From a virus (taxonomy: Duplodnaviria > Caudoviricetes): a DNA stretch of 27,967 nt. A program made the translations under genes and the position numbers. Shown one piece after another: positions 16,188 to 25,893 of this stretch; within the stretch, counting starts at the first letter, position 1, and each line of letters starts with the position of its first letter. The notes under the pieces are model-generated. The model saw only the letters and a program-made list of their open reading frames with translations. It did not search any database and had not been told where the DNA came from. The stretch lies in IMG/VR virus record IMGVR_UViG_3300010358_000011, positions 1 to 27,967 of that record; one strand, given 5' to 3'.

Positions 16188-19100
16188 ATGTCCTACAAGT
16201 TGCACTATACGGATTACCCGGGCACCGACACCGGGCCGCCTGATCCTGAGCGTTGGATTGGGCCGCAGGGGCCGCTTGGGGCGACTGGGGCGACTGGCCC
16301 GCAGGGGCCACAAGGACCACAGGGCGTTCCTGGGACTGCCGGCGGTCCTCCAGGGCCTCCTGGACCGCCTGGCGCTGACAGCACCGTTCCCGGGCCACCC
16401 GGTCCAGTTGGCCCTCCAGGCTCCTCCGTCTTCAACGTCCGCGGCGGTTGGAATGCCGCCACGAACACCCCAACGCTGGGGAACGGTGGTGCAGGCGGCG
16501 CCGCGAATGACATCTTCACCGTCACCACAGCCGGCACGACGTCGATCGACGGGAATGCGTCGTGGGCGTTGGGCGACCAACTCCAGAACACCGGCACCGC
16601 GTGGATCAGGGTGCCGTATTCGACGCAACCATACCTTGCACTTTCCGGTGGAACCCTCACCGGGCCGCTCACGGTTGGCGGTGACGTTCGGCAGGACGCG
16701 GGAGCCCTGGAACCTCCCGACTTCGCCGGCGGCTACGAGCAGGACAGCAGCGGCAACGTCGTCAGTGCCTACAGCCCTGATGGAACGCTGAACGTCGTCC
16801 GCCTGAGCATCAACGGCGTTCTGGTCAACGCTGCACCTCCCGTCGTCCCTTATGATGCGATCGATGTGCGCGCCGCGCCCTACGGTGCAGCCGGCGACGA
16901 GACGACCAACGACGCGCTGGTGACCACCTCAGGCGGCACGCTGACGCTGGTCAATTTCAGCGGCACCATCACCCTGGTGCAGCAGACCACCTCGGTCGCA
17001 CTGCTGACGATCACCAACGCGCGCTGGTCAGGCTGGGCCTTCCAGCCATCGCATACCGGGGCAACGCTCTATCTCTCGGTGAGCGGCTACACGCTGACTG
17101 CGACCGTGCTGCAATATGTCGATGGCTCGAACGTCACGCTGTCGGCCGCCGGTATTACGCCGCAGAGTGCTGTCGCCGGTACCGTGACGTGCCCGGCTGT
17201 GGCCTCGTCGATGGCCGGCAAGTATCTGGTCATCGACGGCATGGGCCAGGATATCTGGTATTCCGGTGCATCCAACAACGTCCGCACCTTCGACACCGTA
17301 ACGCTGACCGGCCAGCAGGTATGGATGGGGCTGATCGGCACAGTCGCGGCCCCCAACCAGATAACGCTCAGTAGCGGCTCGTTCCCGTTTGCCTGGACCA
17401 GCCGCCCGGCGCGGCTTCGCTGGGGCACTAACGATACCGACGCAGTCGCCAGGGCCGCGATGGCGGCGTTCGACAGCGGCAAGCGCAAAATCTGGTTCTC
17501 CGGTGATCAGCGCGGTTACCTTCTGCTCGGCGTCTGCGGCGCCAGTGCCTCCTATAACCCCTGGGTCGCCTACGCCACCAACACCAACGTGCTGCTGAAC
17601 GGCGTCATATGGCAGGGCGACAATGTGCGCGTCACCTCGCTGAACAATGGCGGCACGCGAACCCTGCACCGCGTTGCCCAGCCGGGTGCTCTGCCGTCGC
17701 GCAGCGTGATCCGCTCGGTGCATGGCCGGCAGACCATGCCGCGTTGCGCTCAGCTCGCTGCCGCCGGGCTGCCGATCAACGTGGCGCTGTTCGGCGACAG
17801 CCTGTCCACGCTCAATCCGCAGTCGCAGGCCGGCATCGTCACCGGCGCGGTGCGCTTCATGCAGGAGTTCACCCGCCAGAACCCAGGCAAGACCATCAAC
17901 TTCTATGCCTTCGGCGTCGGCGGCATGGGATGGTCCGAGATGATCAACCCCAACTTCAAGTTCAATAACAACACACCATTCGTAGCATATGCCACGGTGC
18001 CGAAGCCGATCGCTGGCTTCGTCGGTGGTGTGCGGCCCTATCTGGACTTCTTCACCAACCTCAACTTGACCGGCGTCGGGGCGCCAATCGTGCCCGACAT
18101 TGCCGTCATCATCCACACCGAGAGCTACGTGATGGACGGCCTGTCGATGCAAGCGGTGATCAACACGCTGCGCCACGCAACCCACTCCGACAGCTACGGG
18201 CCGACCGACATCATCATCAGCACCGAGCAGATCAACACCTATAAGTGCAACAACGTCGGCGCTTATGGCGGGGTTGTTCTGGGCGACGCCGGCAATGACG
18301 TGTGGTGGTTCGAGTATTGCACCGGAATGCATCGCACCGCGTCGCGCAACATGGGATATGGCTGCCTCGACTACGCGCCCCTGGTGCAGCGCGCGTGCTT
18401 CGCGCAAGACCCGACCCGACGCAACATGCGGCAGATACCATCGGTGACGGTGACGCCGACACCCACAGCGCCCTACTGGTTCGCCTTCAACTGCCGCGAT
18501 TTCTCCACCTGGTTTGCGCTGCCCGCCGCGTCCGATCTGGCTGGATGGCAGGCGGCGCAGCAGATCGATCTGCAATGCTCGCTGCATGTCGGCAACAGGG
18601 TGATGATGCGCTATAGCGCGATTACCGGCACGATCTGGATCGGCCAGGCGGCACATGGCGGCACCACGCCGACCACAGTGACGATGAACGCCGGAAGCAA
18701 GACGCTTACTGTCGGCGCGCCGGCATCCTTCGCCGGACAGTCGATCTACGCGCAGACCTATACGCCGCAACTGTCCGTGGTCACCGGCGCGATCTTCACC
18801 AGCGGTATGACCGGGCAGTGTATGATCGCGCCCACCGGCGACGCCCAGGGCAGCACCTACCAGCCGCAACGGCATTACATCCGCGCCGTGCTCGATAGCA
18901 GTAACGTCATGACCTACGACCGGATGTTCTGCACCGCCGGCATCAATCCGCCGACGACCGGCAACACGATCACGGTCGGTGGTCAAACCTTCATGGCGCT
19001 GGACGGGCAGGCGATGACCGACATCGTGATCTTCCTGCCGGACGGCACGATCTTCTCCACCCAGGTGGACTGGGGCGGCTATACCTCGGCGACACAGGTG

Positions 19101-19565
19101 ACGATGGTCGATGCCGCGCCGCAGTCGCTGGCCGGTGTCTCGGTGCCGATGTTCCTGGGCCGCATGGGCGTGCGCTGGTTCGACACCCGCTTTGTGCCCG
19201 CTAGCGCGACCAACACCGGAATCTTCGAGATCGGCATTGCCGGCGGTGACATGCTGTTCGGCTACAACCCGACTATGACACCGGCGCCGATCCCGGAATT
19301 GCGGGTCAGCCGCTCGATCGAACGGTTCGGGCAGACCTTCTATCCGGCGCTCTATGTTGGCGGCTCACAGCAGATCGCGTTGAGCAATAGCTGGGTGGAC
19401 GAGGCCGAGATATTCCAACCCACCACAACGCCGTGGGAGCTGCGCGGCATCCCGGACAATAACAGCGACTATGCGCCAGGCGGCGTTGGTGGGCATCCCG
19501 GTGCGAGGCTGCGCAATGAGGTGATCGAGCCGATGTATGCGTCGCAGAACTTAGCCTTGGTTTAG
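16188..19565 (+). CDS. Tail fibre/spike 1: collagen segment + SGNH/GDSL esterase-like domain
   Basis: Gly-X-Y repeats at the N-terminus, [22 protein letters not shown] (SGNH block I), FGVGG (block II), C-terminal GGHPG. Confidence 0.8.
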   Translation: MSYKLHYTDYPGTDTGPPDPERWIGPQGPLGATGATGPQGPQGPQGVPGTAGGPPGPPGPPGADSTVPGPPGPVGPPGSSVFNVRGGWNAATNTPTLGNGGAGGAANDIFTVTTAGTTSIDGNASWALGDQLQNTGTAWIRVPYSTQPYLALSGGTLTGPLTVGGDVRQDAGALEPPDFAGGYEQDSSGNVVSAYSPDGTLNVVRLSINGVLVNAAPPVVPYDAIDVRAAPYGAAGDETTNDALVTTSGGTLTLVNFSGTITLVQQTTSVALLTITNARWSGWAFQPSHTGATLYLSVSGYTLTATVLQYVDGSNVTLSAAGITPQSAVAGTVTCPAVASSMAGKYLVIDGMGQDIWYSGASNNVRTFDTVTLTGQQVWMGLIGTVAAPNQITLSSGSFPFAWTSRPARLRWGTNDTDAVARAAMAAFDSGKRKIWFSGDQRGYLLLGVCGASASYNPWVAYATNTNVLLNGVIWQGDNVRVTSLNNGGTRTLHRVAQPGALPSRSVIRSVHGRQTMPRCAQLAAAGLPINVALFGDSLSTLNPQSQAGIVTGAVRFMQEFTRQNPGKTINFYAFGVGGMGWSEMINPNFKFNNNTPFVAYATVPKPIAGFVGGVRPYLDFFTNLNLTGVGAPIVPDIAVIIHTESYVMDGLSMQAVINTLRHATHSDSYGPTDIIISTEQINTYKCNNVGAYGGVVLGDAGNDVWWFEYCTGMHRTASRNMGYGCLDYAPLVQRACFAQDPTRRNMRQIPSVTVTPTPTAPYWFAFNCRDFSTWFALPAASDLAGWQAAQQIDLQCSLHVGNRVMMRYSAITGTIWIGQAAHGGTTPTTVTMNAGSKTLTVGAPASFAGQSIYAQTYTPQLSVVTGAIFTSGMTGQCMIAPTGDAQGSTYQPQRHYIRAVLDSSNVMTYDRMFCTAGINPPTTGNTITVGGQTFMALDGQAMTDIVIFLPDGTIFSTQVDWGGYTSATQVTMVDAAPQSLAGVSVPMFLGRMGVRWFDTRFVPASATNTGIFEIGIAGGDMLFGYNPTMTPAPIPELRVSRSIERFGQTFYPALYVGGSQQIALSNSWVDEAEIFQPTTTPWELRGIPDNNSDYAPGGVGGHPGARLRNEVIEPMYASQNLALV

Positions 19566-19567
19566 CC

Positions 19568-20314
19568 GTGCCGAGCGCATTCACCATAGTCGGCCCGACC
19601 TTCTCTAACTCTATCGGCAAAGCGCTGCCGGCGATCCCGGGGCTTTCGACGCTGGTGTATTTCGGCACTGGCGGCGATGCGATCGAGACCAACCGGAACC
19701 CTGGTGGACCGGCGCTGTCGGTGCTGTCGGGCACGCCGGTGCATTCGGCCAACTACGTGTCGCTCGGCGGTCAGGCCGGCATGACGCGGTTCGACAGCAT
19801 CGACACGCATAACTTGCGCACCGCCGGTATGCTGTCGTCTGGCTGGACGTGGTGCGCCGTCGCGCGCGCGTCAGGTGCTGGCAATGCGCATGTCGTGATG
19901 GACTATCTGACGATCGCGCCGACGCAGTCGATGGCGATCAACATCCAGACCAATAGCAAGATCAACTTCTACAGCAATGGCGTAAGAGCCACCATCACAA
20001 CCACAGTGCCGACGACGAGTTGGCACTTCGTGGCGCTGACCTACACCGGAGGCGCGGCCGGCACTGGCACGGTCTATTCGTTCACTCAGGACATCACGAC
20101 CGGCGCGCCGGCCACACCATGGACAGCGGCTAGTATCGGTTCGGGCAATTATTCGCCGCGCTTCGGTGGCATCTCAACCGATACCGCTAGCTGGAATAAC
20201 TCGGTCGACGTGGCGTTCGGCCTCGTGGCGTCGGGCGTGCTGAGCGTGCCGACGATGGCCACGATCGCCGCCTCGGTGCGGCTTAGCCTCGCGCGGCGCG
20301 GCATCACCATCTGA
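19568..20314 (+). CDS. Beta-sandwich (LamG/ConA-like) tail-associated protein
   Basis: WTWCAVAR and SWHFVALTY are typical of LamG-like folds; follows fibre 1. Confidence 0.6.
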   Translation: MPSAFTIVGPTFSNSIGKALPAIPGLSTLVYFGTGGDAIETNRNPGGPALSVLSGTPVHSANYVSLGGQAGMTRFDSIDTHNLRTAGMLSSGWTWCAVARASGAGNAHVVMDYLTIAPTQSMAINIQTNSKINFYSNGVRATITTTVPTTSWHFVALTYTGGAAGTGTVYSFTQDITTGAPATPWTAASIGSGNYSPRFGGISTDTASWNNSVDVAFGLVASGVLSVPTMATIAASVRLSLARRGITI

Positions 20315-20324
20315 GGGGATTGGC

Positions 20325-20564
20325 ATGGCAGTCGATGTGAAGCTGCGCCTGACGGAAGAAGCTGACTTCCTGACCGGGCTCTGGCAGCAGGCGGCGTCTG
20401 TCGCCGCGCAGGGCAGGGCAACCGATATGCCGGCCGATCAGATGGAACTGATCGTAGACCTGGCCGACAAGCTGCACACCAGGCAGGCGGGATTACGCGA
20501 TCTGATCGCGCAGATTGAAGCGGACGAAGCGGCTGCCGCGGTGCAGCCTGATGCGACGCCCTGA
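20325..20564 (+). CDS. Small helical protein (possible fibre assembly factor)
   Basis: RBS GAGG; 79 aa with a coiled-coil C-terminus. Confidence 0.65.
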   Translation: MAVDVKLRLTEEADFLTGLWQQAASVAAQGRATDMPADQMELIVDLADKLHTRQAGLRDLIAQIEADEAAAAVQPDATP

Positions 20565-20638
20565 TGCCGCGCGATCCTGACTTCGACGGCTACATCAAGC
20601 CGCCGGACCGCGCTGGAGCCTTGCGGCCTTATCACTGA
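20564..20638 (+). pseudogene. Truncated duplicate of the fibre 2 N-terminus (MPRDPDFDGYIKPPDRAGALRPYH)
   Basis: First 15 codons are identical to the gene at 20865, then it diverges and stops. Confidence 0.7.
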
Positions 20639-20656
20639 CAGCAGCACGGCATAACC

Positions 20657-20881
20657 ATGAGCGACACACAGATACCCCCTGACGCGCGGCTGACGGTCAC
20701 GCTCACTGCGCAGCAGTGGCAGACCGTCTTGCAAGTTATGAGCGAAGGCCCATTCCGGCTCGTGAGCCAGATCATCTGGCAAGTGCAGAGCCAGTGCATG
20801 GGTGCCGCGCAGGCCGAGGCGCTGCCCGAGCACATGCCGGCACGCCCCAACGGTGGGATGGCCGATGCCGCGCGATCCTGA
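20657..20881 (+). CDS. Small fibre-associated protein
   Basis: VTLTAQQWQTVLQVMSEGPFRLVSQII matches the LT......IL..L...PY..V..LI pattern of small proteins next to fibre genes. Confidence 0.7.
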   Translation: MSDTQIPPDARLTVTLTAQQWQTVLQVMSEGPFRLVSQIIWQVQSQCMGAAQAEALPEHMPARPNGGMADAARS

Positions 20882-23804
20882 CTTCGACGGCTACATCAAG
20901 CCGCCGGACGTTCCGCCCGACCCCACGGGCGAGGACTGGCGTGGCGAGCCAGGAGCGCCCGGGGCACCAGGCCCACCAGGCCCACAGGGACCACCGGGAA
21001 CTGGAAGCAGTTTCCCCGAGGCGCCAGGGGATGGCCAGATTTATGGCCGTGGCGGCGTCACGCCTACCTGGGTGCCAACTTTGCCTTTGTCAGGCGGAAC
21101 GATGCTCGGAGCGTTGACGCTTTCCAGCGTCTCGCCCGGCGTCAATGACGCTGTTACCAGAAATTATGTCGATGCGCTGAATGTCGCGAATGGTCCCTTC
21201 TTACCTTTAAGCGGCGGCGCTATGACGGGAGCCCTTTTGCTGGTTCCAGGATCGCCGACCGACCCGAATCAGGCAGCCTCCAAGGCATACGTCGATAGCA
21301 ATGCCGGCGTGTCGTCATGGAACACGCGCACAGGAGCGGTGACTTTTGCTGCGGCTGACATAACCGGCGTCGGCGGAGCATTGCTGTCCTCGCCGGCCTT
21401 CACAGGTTCGCCGACTATTGTCGGAACGCCGCCGCCGGCGACCGATAACAGCACGCGACTGGCAACCACAGCATTTGTGCATAACGCAATAACCGCGGCT
21501 GGCGGAGTTACGTCGTTCAATTCGAGAACGGGCGCCGTAACTTTAGCGCTGGCAGACGTGACCGGCGTAGGTGGTGCGCCACTTGCTTCGCCAATCTTCA
21601 GCGGAACGCCAAGCCTGCCGATTGGCGCAATCGGTGTGACACAAACCAGCGGCAACAACTCAACAGCATTGGCCACGACATCATTCGTCGCCAACGCCAT
21701 CGCAGCCATACCGCCGGGCGGGGTGACGTCATTCAATACCCGCACTGGCGCGGTGACGCTGAACACTGGCGACGTGACGGCAGTCGGCGGTGCGCTCACC
21801 ACCGGCACGACGATGACCGGGCCGCTCAATGCCACTGCGACCGGCGGCAACACGGTGCGCAGCCTTCAGGATCACTTCGGCGAGGTCATCAACGTCAAAG
21901 ACTGGGGCTGCAGGATGGATGGCGTAACGGACGATTACGCCGCGCTGAATGCTATTGCCACCTACGCCAGCACGCGGCCCGGCTCGGTGATCTTCTTCCC
22001 GCCCAGCACGACGCCGATGATGCTGAGCCAGAATACCGGAGCGCCATCGAATACCACGTGGTTTGCTTATCCTGGCTCCGTCGTGCTGAAGCCGACGCCG
22101 GGCAACGTCGCCGCCTGCCTGTTATGGTCATGCGCCAACGGCTCCAACGTCGTCGTCTACGGCCTCACGTTCGATGGCGGCGGTCCCGACTTTGCGACCG
22201 CCTCCAACGTCACCGTGGCCTATCACATGAACGGGATCACCTTCGATAACTGCATCTGGCAAAACACCAGGGGCATCGCGTTGCAGGGTTCCGGCAACAA
22301 CGATATGTCGGTGCGGTCCTGCATCTTCCGGAACGTCGGCAACCACTACAAGACAACAGGCTTTGTGAATGACCGGCAACAAGCCTGTGTTCATTCGGCC
22401 GGTGACGATGTGACATTGGGCTTTCGCTATAGCGTCACGGATTGTCTGTTCACCGATATCGGCCTCGATTGTGTGCAGGCGAGCCACTGCCATGAGGTTA
22501 GGATCATTGGCAATACTTTCAACTGCTCCGGCCAATATCAGCATGCCAACACAGCGTTCAGCGCTTATTCGTCAGCGATATTTCCACAGTATTCCTCGGA
22601 CATCGTAATCGCAGGCAACGTCATCAATTGGGCGCCTGGACAGGGCATCGACGCGGCTAGTAACTACGACATGACGATCACCGGCAACACGATCCGGTTC
22701 AGCGGCGGTGCGGGCATCGGCCTGTTCGATGGCACCGGATATCCATCGGGCGCGAAGGGGTCGGGTAATATCCTCGTCACCGGCAACGTCATTGAGAATA
22801 GCTGCCAGTGGACCAGCGCGACCTGGATCGGCGGCCTCACAGTGGACGCGACCAATTTCTCCTTCGATAGTATCCGCGTCGTCAACAACATTTTCAGCGA
22901 TACTCAGACCACACACACGCAGAAATACGGCGTCTACGTGCGCAGCGCTGCGAGCACCATTACCAACTGGTGGCTCGGTGCGTCCAACGTCATGGTCAAC
23001 AACACGATCGCCGCGACCTCGCCCAATGTGCCGGTGACGACTTATCCGGGCAGCGGTGGTGGCGGCGCGCCCAGTGGCCCGGCCGGCGGCGACCTCGCCG
23101 GGACCTACCCGAACCCGGCCCTGGCAACCACGGCAGTCACCGCAGGCAGCTACACCAACACGAACCTTACCGTCGATGCCAAGGGCCGGATCACAGCGGC
23201 ATCAAATGGAGCCGGCGGCAGCGGAGGTTTTCCTTCATCGGCGTGGGCCAGCCTGCCGAGCGCATCAACGAGTTCCGGGCAAATCTATACAGTGACCGAC
23301 GTCGGCATCGGTCCGTCGTTCTGGTCAAGCGATGGCACGCGATGGAAGCCGCTGCACCCGGTCACACTGGGCCGCTCGGCGGTGGCCAACTCTCATACCG
23401 GCGATGTCGTCGAGTTCACCTATGCGACGATTCCCGTGCCTGGGAATGCGCTCGGTGTCGATGGCGGTATAGCTGTGCGGTTGTTCTATACCTTCCCTGC
23501 CAGCACCAACAACAAGATATTCCGCGTGCGGTTTGGCGGCGCGTCGGCGCACAACGCTAACACCGCGACGGCCGCCAACGTGTCGATGCCGATCTCCTTT
23601 AATTTCCGCAATCGCGGCCTGACCAATTCGCAGGCGTGTGGACCGGCGACCGTCGGCGACGGCACCGACACAGCGTCAGCGGTCGTGCCGACCACGATGG
23701 CGGTTGACTCGACCGCGAACCAGAACCTGACGATCACCGGGCTGTTGGCGTCGGCGGCTGAAACGATAACGCTGGAAAAATACGAAGTGATTTTGATGCC
23801 ATGA
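20865..23804 (+). CDS. Tail fibre/spike 2: collagen + shaft repeats + right-handed beta-helix (pectate-lyase-3-like depolymerase)
   Basis: GEPGAPGAPGPPGPQGPPG, EAP.DG..YGR, VINVKDWG...DGVTDDYAALNA, many I.GN.I turns, GPAGGDLAGTYPNP. ATG at 20865; the ORF track starts at 20802. Confidence 0.85.
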   Translation: MPRDPDFDGYIKPPDVPPDPTGEDWRGEPGAPGAPGPPGPQGPPGTGSSFPEAPGDGQIYGRGGVTPTWVPTLPLSGGTMLGALTLSSVSPGVNDAVTRNYVDALNVANGPFLPLSGGAMTGALLLVPGSPTDPNQAASKAYVDSNAGVSSWNTRTGAVTFAAADITGVGGALLSSPAFTGSPTIVGTPPPATDNSTRLATTAFVHNAITAAGGVTSFNSRTGAVTLALADVTGVGGAPLASPIFSGTPSLPIGAIGVTQTSGNNSTALATTSFVANAIAAIPPGGVTSFNTRTGAVTLNTGDVTAVGGALTTGTTMTGPLNATATGGNTVRSLQDHFGEVINVKDWGCRMDGVTDDYAALNAIATYASTRPGSVIFFPPSTTPMMLSQNTGAPSNTTWFAYPGSVVLKPTPGNVAACLLWSCANGSNVVVYGLTFDGGGPDFATASNVTVAYHMNGITFDNCIWQNTRGIALQGSGNNDMSVRSCIFRNVGNHYKTTGFVNDRQQACVHSAGDDVTLGFRYSVTDCLFTDIGLDCVQASHCHEVRIIGNTFNCSGQYQHANTAFSAYSSAIFPQYSSDIVIAGNVINWAPGQGIDAASNYDMTITGNTIRFSGGAGIGLFDGTGYPSGAKGSGNILVTGNVIENSCQWTSATWIGGLTVDATNFSFDSIRVVNNIFSDTQTTHTQKYGVYVRSAASTITNWWLGASNVMVNNTIAATSPNVPVTTYPGSGGGGAPSGPAGGDLAGTYPNPALATTAVTAGSYTNTNLTVDAKGRITAASNGAGGSGGFPSSAWASLPSASTSSGQIYTVTDVGIGPSFWSSDGTRWKPLHPVTLGRSAVANSHTGDVVEFTYATIPVPGNALGVDGGIAVRLFYTFPASTNNKIFRVRFGGASAHNANTATAANVSMPISFNFRNRGLTNSQACGPATVGDGTDTASAVVPTTMAVDSTANQNLTITGLLASAAETITLEKYEVILMP
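21306..21790 (+). repeat. Three intragenic shaft repeats GV(S/T)S(W/F)N(T/S)RTGAVT...D(I/V)T.VGGA
   Basis: Start near 21306, 21504 and 21720. The first two are followed by SP.F.G.P...DN/NST.LATT.FV.NAI. Confidence 0.85.
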
Positions 23805-23826
23805 GCGATATGCGGCGAGCTGAAAA

Positions 23827-24324
23827 GTGACCACCTTCGCTTTGGTCATTCCCTACGACCGGCCGCCCAACCACATTCCGCGCCGCGACCTCGTGCTCGG
23901 GGCTGCGGACAATGTCTGGCTGCAGGTCAGCGTCATCCAATACGACGACCCGTCCGCCGAGGCGATCACGCTGACCGGCGGCATCGGCGGCCCGGCGCTG
24001 CGGATGGCCGTGTGGCCGGTCGGCGACTATCCGACGTCGTGGGACTACGGCCTGCCGACACCGACCTGTGGCACGCTCCTGTGGTCCGGAAACGGCACCA
24101 TATCCGAGACCGAGATCGGCACCTTCGACATGGTGGTGCCGGTCGGCACTCTGGCGTCGTGGCCGTGCAGGGTCGCTTACGGCCTGCAGCTCGACTGGGA
24201 CAGCGCCTCGGGCTCCGAGTTGCTGTGCGCCGGCATCCTGCATGTGCGCCGTGCGCAGTTCGGCGCGGTGCCGGCTTCCTCCGCACTAACGACTGACGCG
24301 GGCGCAACCATCCTGGTGGCATAA
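23827..24324 (+). CDS. Hypothetical tail protein (possible fibre-attachment beta-sandwich)
   Basis: 165-aa beta-rich ORF between fibre genes; stop abuts the next ATG. Confidence 0.7.
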   Translation: MTTFALVIPYDRPPNHIPRRDLVLGAADNVWLQVSVIQYDDPSAEAITLTGGIGGPALRMAVWPVGDYPTSWDYGLPTPTCGTLLWSGNGTISETEIGTFDMVVPVGTLASWPCRVAYGLQLDWDSASGSELLCAGILHVRRAQFGAVPASSALTTDAGATILVA

Positions 24325-25893
24325 ATGAGCGACATCACCACATTCCCGATTGCCACCAACACGGTGGCGTCGCTGCCCGACCTCGGCACCGTCACCGACG
24401 ATACCCAGTTCGTCGCCGAGCACGCTGGCACAGGACGCATCAGTGCGGCGAACCTGAGGACCTACGCGCAGAGCGGCACATTGGCCGCCTATGTGGCGAA
24501 GGCCGGCGACACGATGACCGGCGGGCTCAGCGGCACGACCGTGACGACCAGCGGTACGATCACCGCAGGCGGGATAATCAACGCCAGCAGCGGCCTGAGT
24601 GGCACGACCGTGACCACCAGTGGCACGATCACCGCAGGCGGGGCGATCACCGCAGGCGGCAATGCGCCGGTCGATGACCTGGCGATGCACGATATCGGCA
24701 GCTTCATGCTGAACGGCGCGTCGAGCAGGACCGAATTCCAGTGGTCGCATCCAGGCCACTACTCCACCGAGGCGCTGGCCGCCGGCATCATCGTGCCCGC
24801 AGGATCGAGCGGCTACACCGCCAACGCATTCGGCGCCTACGTGCAGAACCAGAGCACGCTCGCGGCCGGTGCGTCGGCGGCCTACTTCTACGGCCGCAAC
24901 ACGGTAGCCGGCGGCACGGTGTTCGGCACCAACGTGCTGGTCACCGATCAGACCAACGTCGGCACCGCGGGCGTCCAGTCGTCGGTGGTCGGAGCCGAAT
25001 GGGACGTCGGCGCGTTCAATCCAGCATCGACCGCGATCGGCAGCAACATGATTGGTGTGTTTCCGAACGGCACGCCCACACAGGCAGTCGGTTATCAGCT
25101 CGCGGTGCTCAACTCACCCTGGGGCTACGGCTTCCTGACCGGCGACGGCGCGGCCAATAACGGCATCTGGCTGGGTGCCAAGGCAGGGACTCCGAACAGC
25201 GATGGCCAGCCGATCGTCCTGACCGCGCGCGATAACGCCAACGCCAGCCACGTGATCAGCATCCAGGCGGCGCATACGGCGGCGGGCGCCAGCTTGGACC
25301 TGACCATACCTACCGGCAACCTGATCATCGGCACAACTAACGGCGTGCTGCTCGACGTGTCAGCGTCCGGCACGCCAAATCTTCTGGCTTTCAGCCATGG
25401 CGGAACAGCGGTCGGCAACTTAACCACCAACGGCACTGATCTGAATATTTACACGCCTGTCGGCGCCGCCATCTTCAACACGAAAAACGGCGCGCTGGTT
25501 GGAGTGACTGTTGGCGGCGCCGCCAATCTGATTGCTTTCGAGAGTGTCCTAACCGCCGTCGGCTCGATCACCACTGATGGCGCATCGACATTCTACAATA
25601 CGACCTCCGACTACCGGCTGAAGGTGACCTATGGAGTTTCGGACGGCGCGCTGATCGATGACCTCGTGGTCTACGAGGCGGAGTTCAAATCGCATCCCGG
25701 CGTCCGCTATCCGATGGTCCTGGCGCATGAGGTGCAGGCTGTCGCGCCGTGGGCCGTGACCGGGGAGAAGGACGCGGTCGACGCCGACGGCAATATCGTC
25801 CCGCAGATGGTCGACGCGACCAAGGTGTTCTGGGCGCTGGTAGCCAAGGTGCAGACGCTTGAGGCGCGGCTGGCGGTGCTCGAGGACGCCTGA
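24325..25893 (+). CDS. Tail fibre 3 with C-terminal S74 intramolecular chaperone
   Basis: YVAKAGDTMTGGL, cleavage motif YNTTSDYRLK, LAHEVQAV.P.AVTGEKDAVD.DGN...Q.VD..K, terminal coiled coil. Confidence 0.88.
   Translation: MSDITTFPIATNTVASLPDLGTVTDDTQFVAEHAGTGRISAANLRTYAQSGTLAAYVAKAGDTMTGGLSGTTVTTSGTITAGGIINASSGLSGTTVTTSGTITAGGAITAGGNAPVDDLAMHDIGSFMLNGASSRTEFQWSHPGHYSTEALAAGIIVPAGSSGYTANAFGAYVQNQSTLAAGASAAYFYGRNTVAGGTVFGTNVLVTDQTNVGTAGVQSSVVGAEWDVGAFNPASTAIGSNMIGVFPNGTPTQAVGYQLAVLNSPWGYGFLTGDGAANNGIWLGAKAGTPNSDGQPIVLTARDNANASHVISIQAAHTAAGASLDLTIPTGNLIIGTTNGVLLDVSASGTPNLLAFSHGGTAVGNLTTNGTDLNIYTPVGAAIFNTKNGALVGVTVGGAANLIAFESVLTAVGSITTDGASTFYNTTSDYRLKVTYGVSDGALIDDLVVYEAEFKSHPGVRYPMVLAHEVQAVAPWAVTGEKDAVDADGNIVPQMVDATKVFWALVAKVQTLEARLAVLEDA
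24523..24660 (+). repeat. Imperfect tandem repeat encoding GLSGTTVTTSGTITAGG x2 plus ITAGG
   Basis: GATCACCGCAGGCGG occurs three times; peptide repeat visible in the translation. Confidence 0.85.

Larger units (their letters stand above)
20563..20909 (+). repeat. 46-bp perfect direct repeat (20563-20608 and 20864-20909)
   Basis: GATGCCGCGCGATCCTGACTTCGACGGCTACATCAAGCCGCCGGAC occurs twice, 301 bp apart. Confidence 0.95.

Noticed and set aside
17028-18986. 652-aa minus-strand ORF and other long antisense ORFs (1411-2637, 9647-10798, 14040-15248)
   Set aside because: These are shadow frames of GC-rich plus-strand genes with no recognisable motifs or RBS.
20563-20909. DGR template/variable repeat or attL/attR pair
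   Set aside because: The copies are identical with no adenine-specific mismatches, lie at a gene 5' end, and no reverse transcriptase or integrase is in the window.
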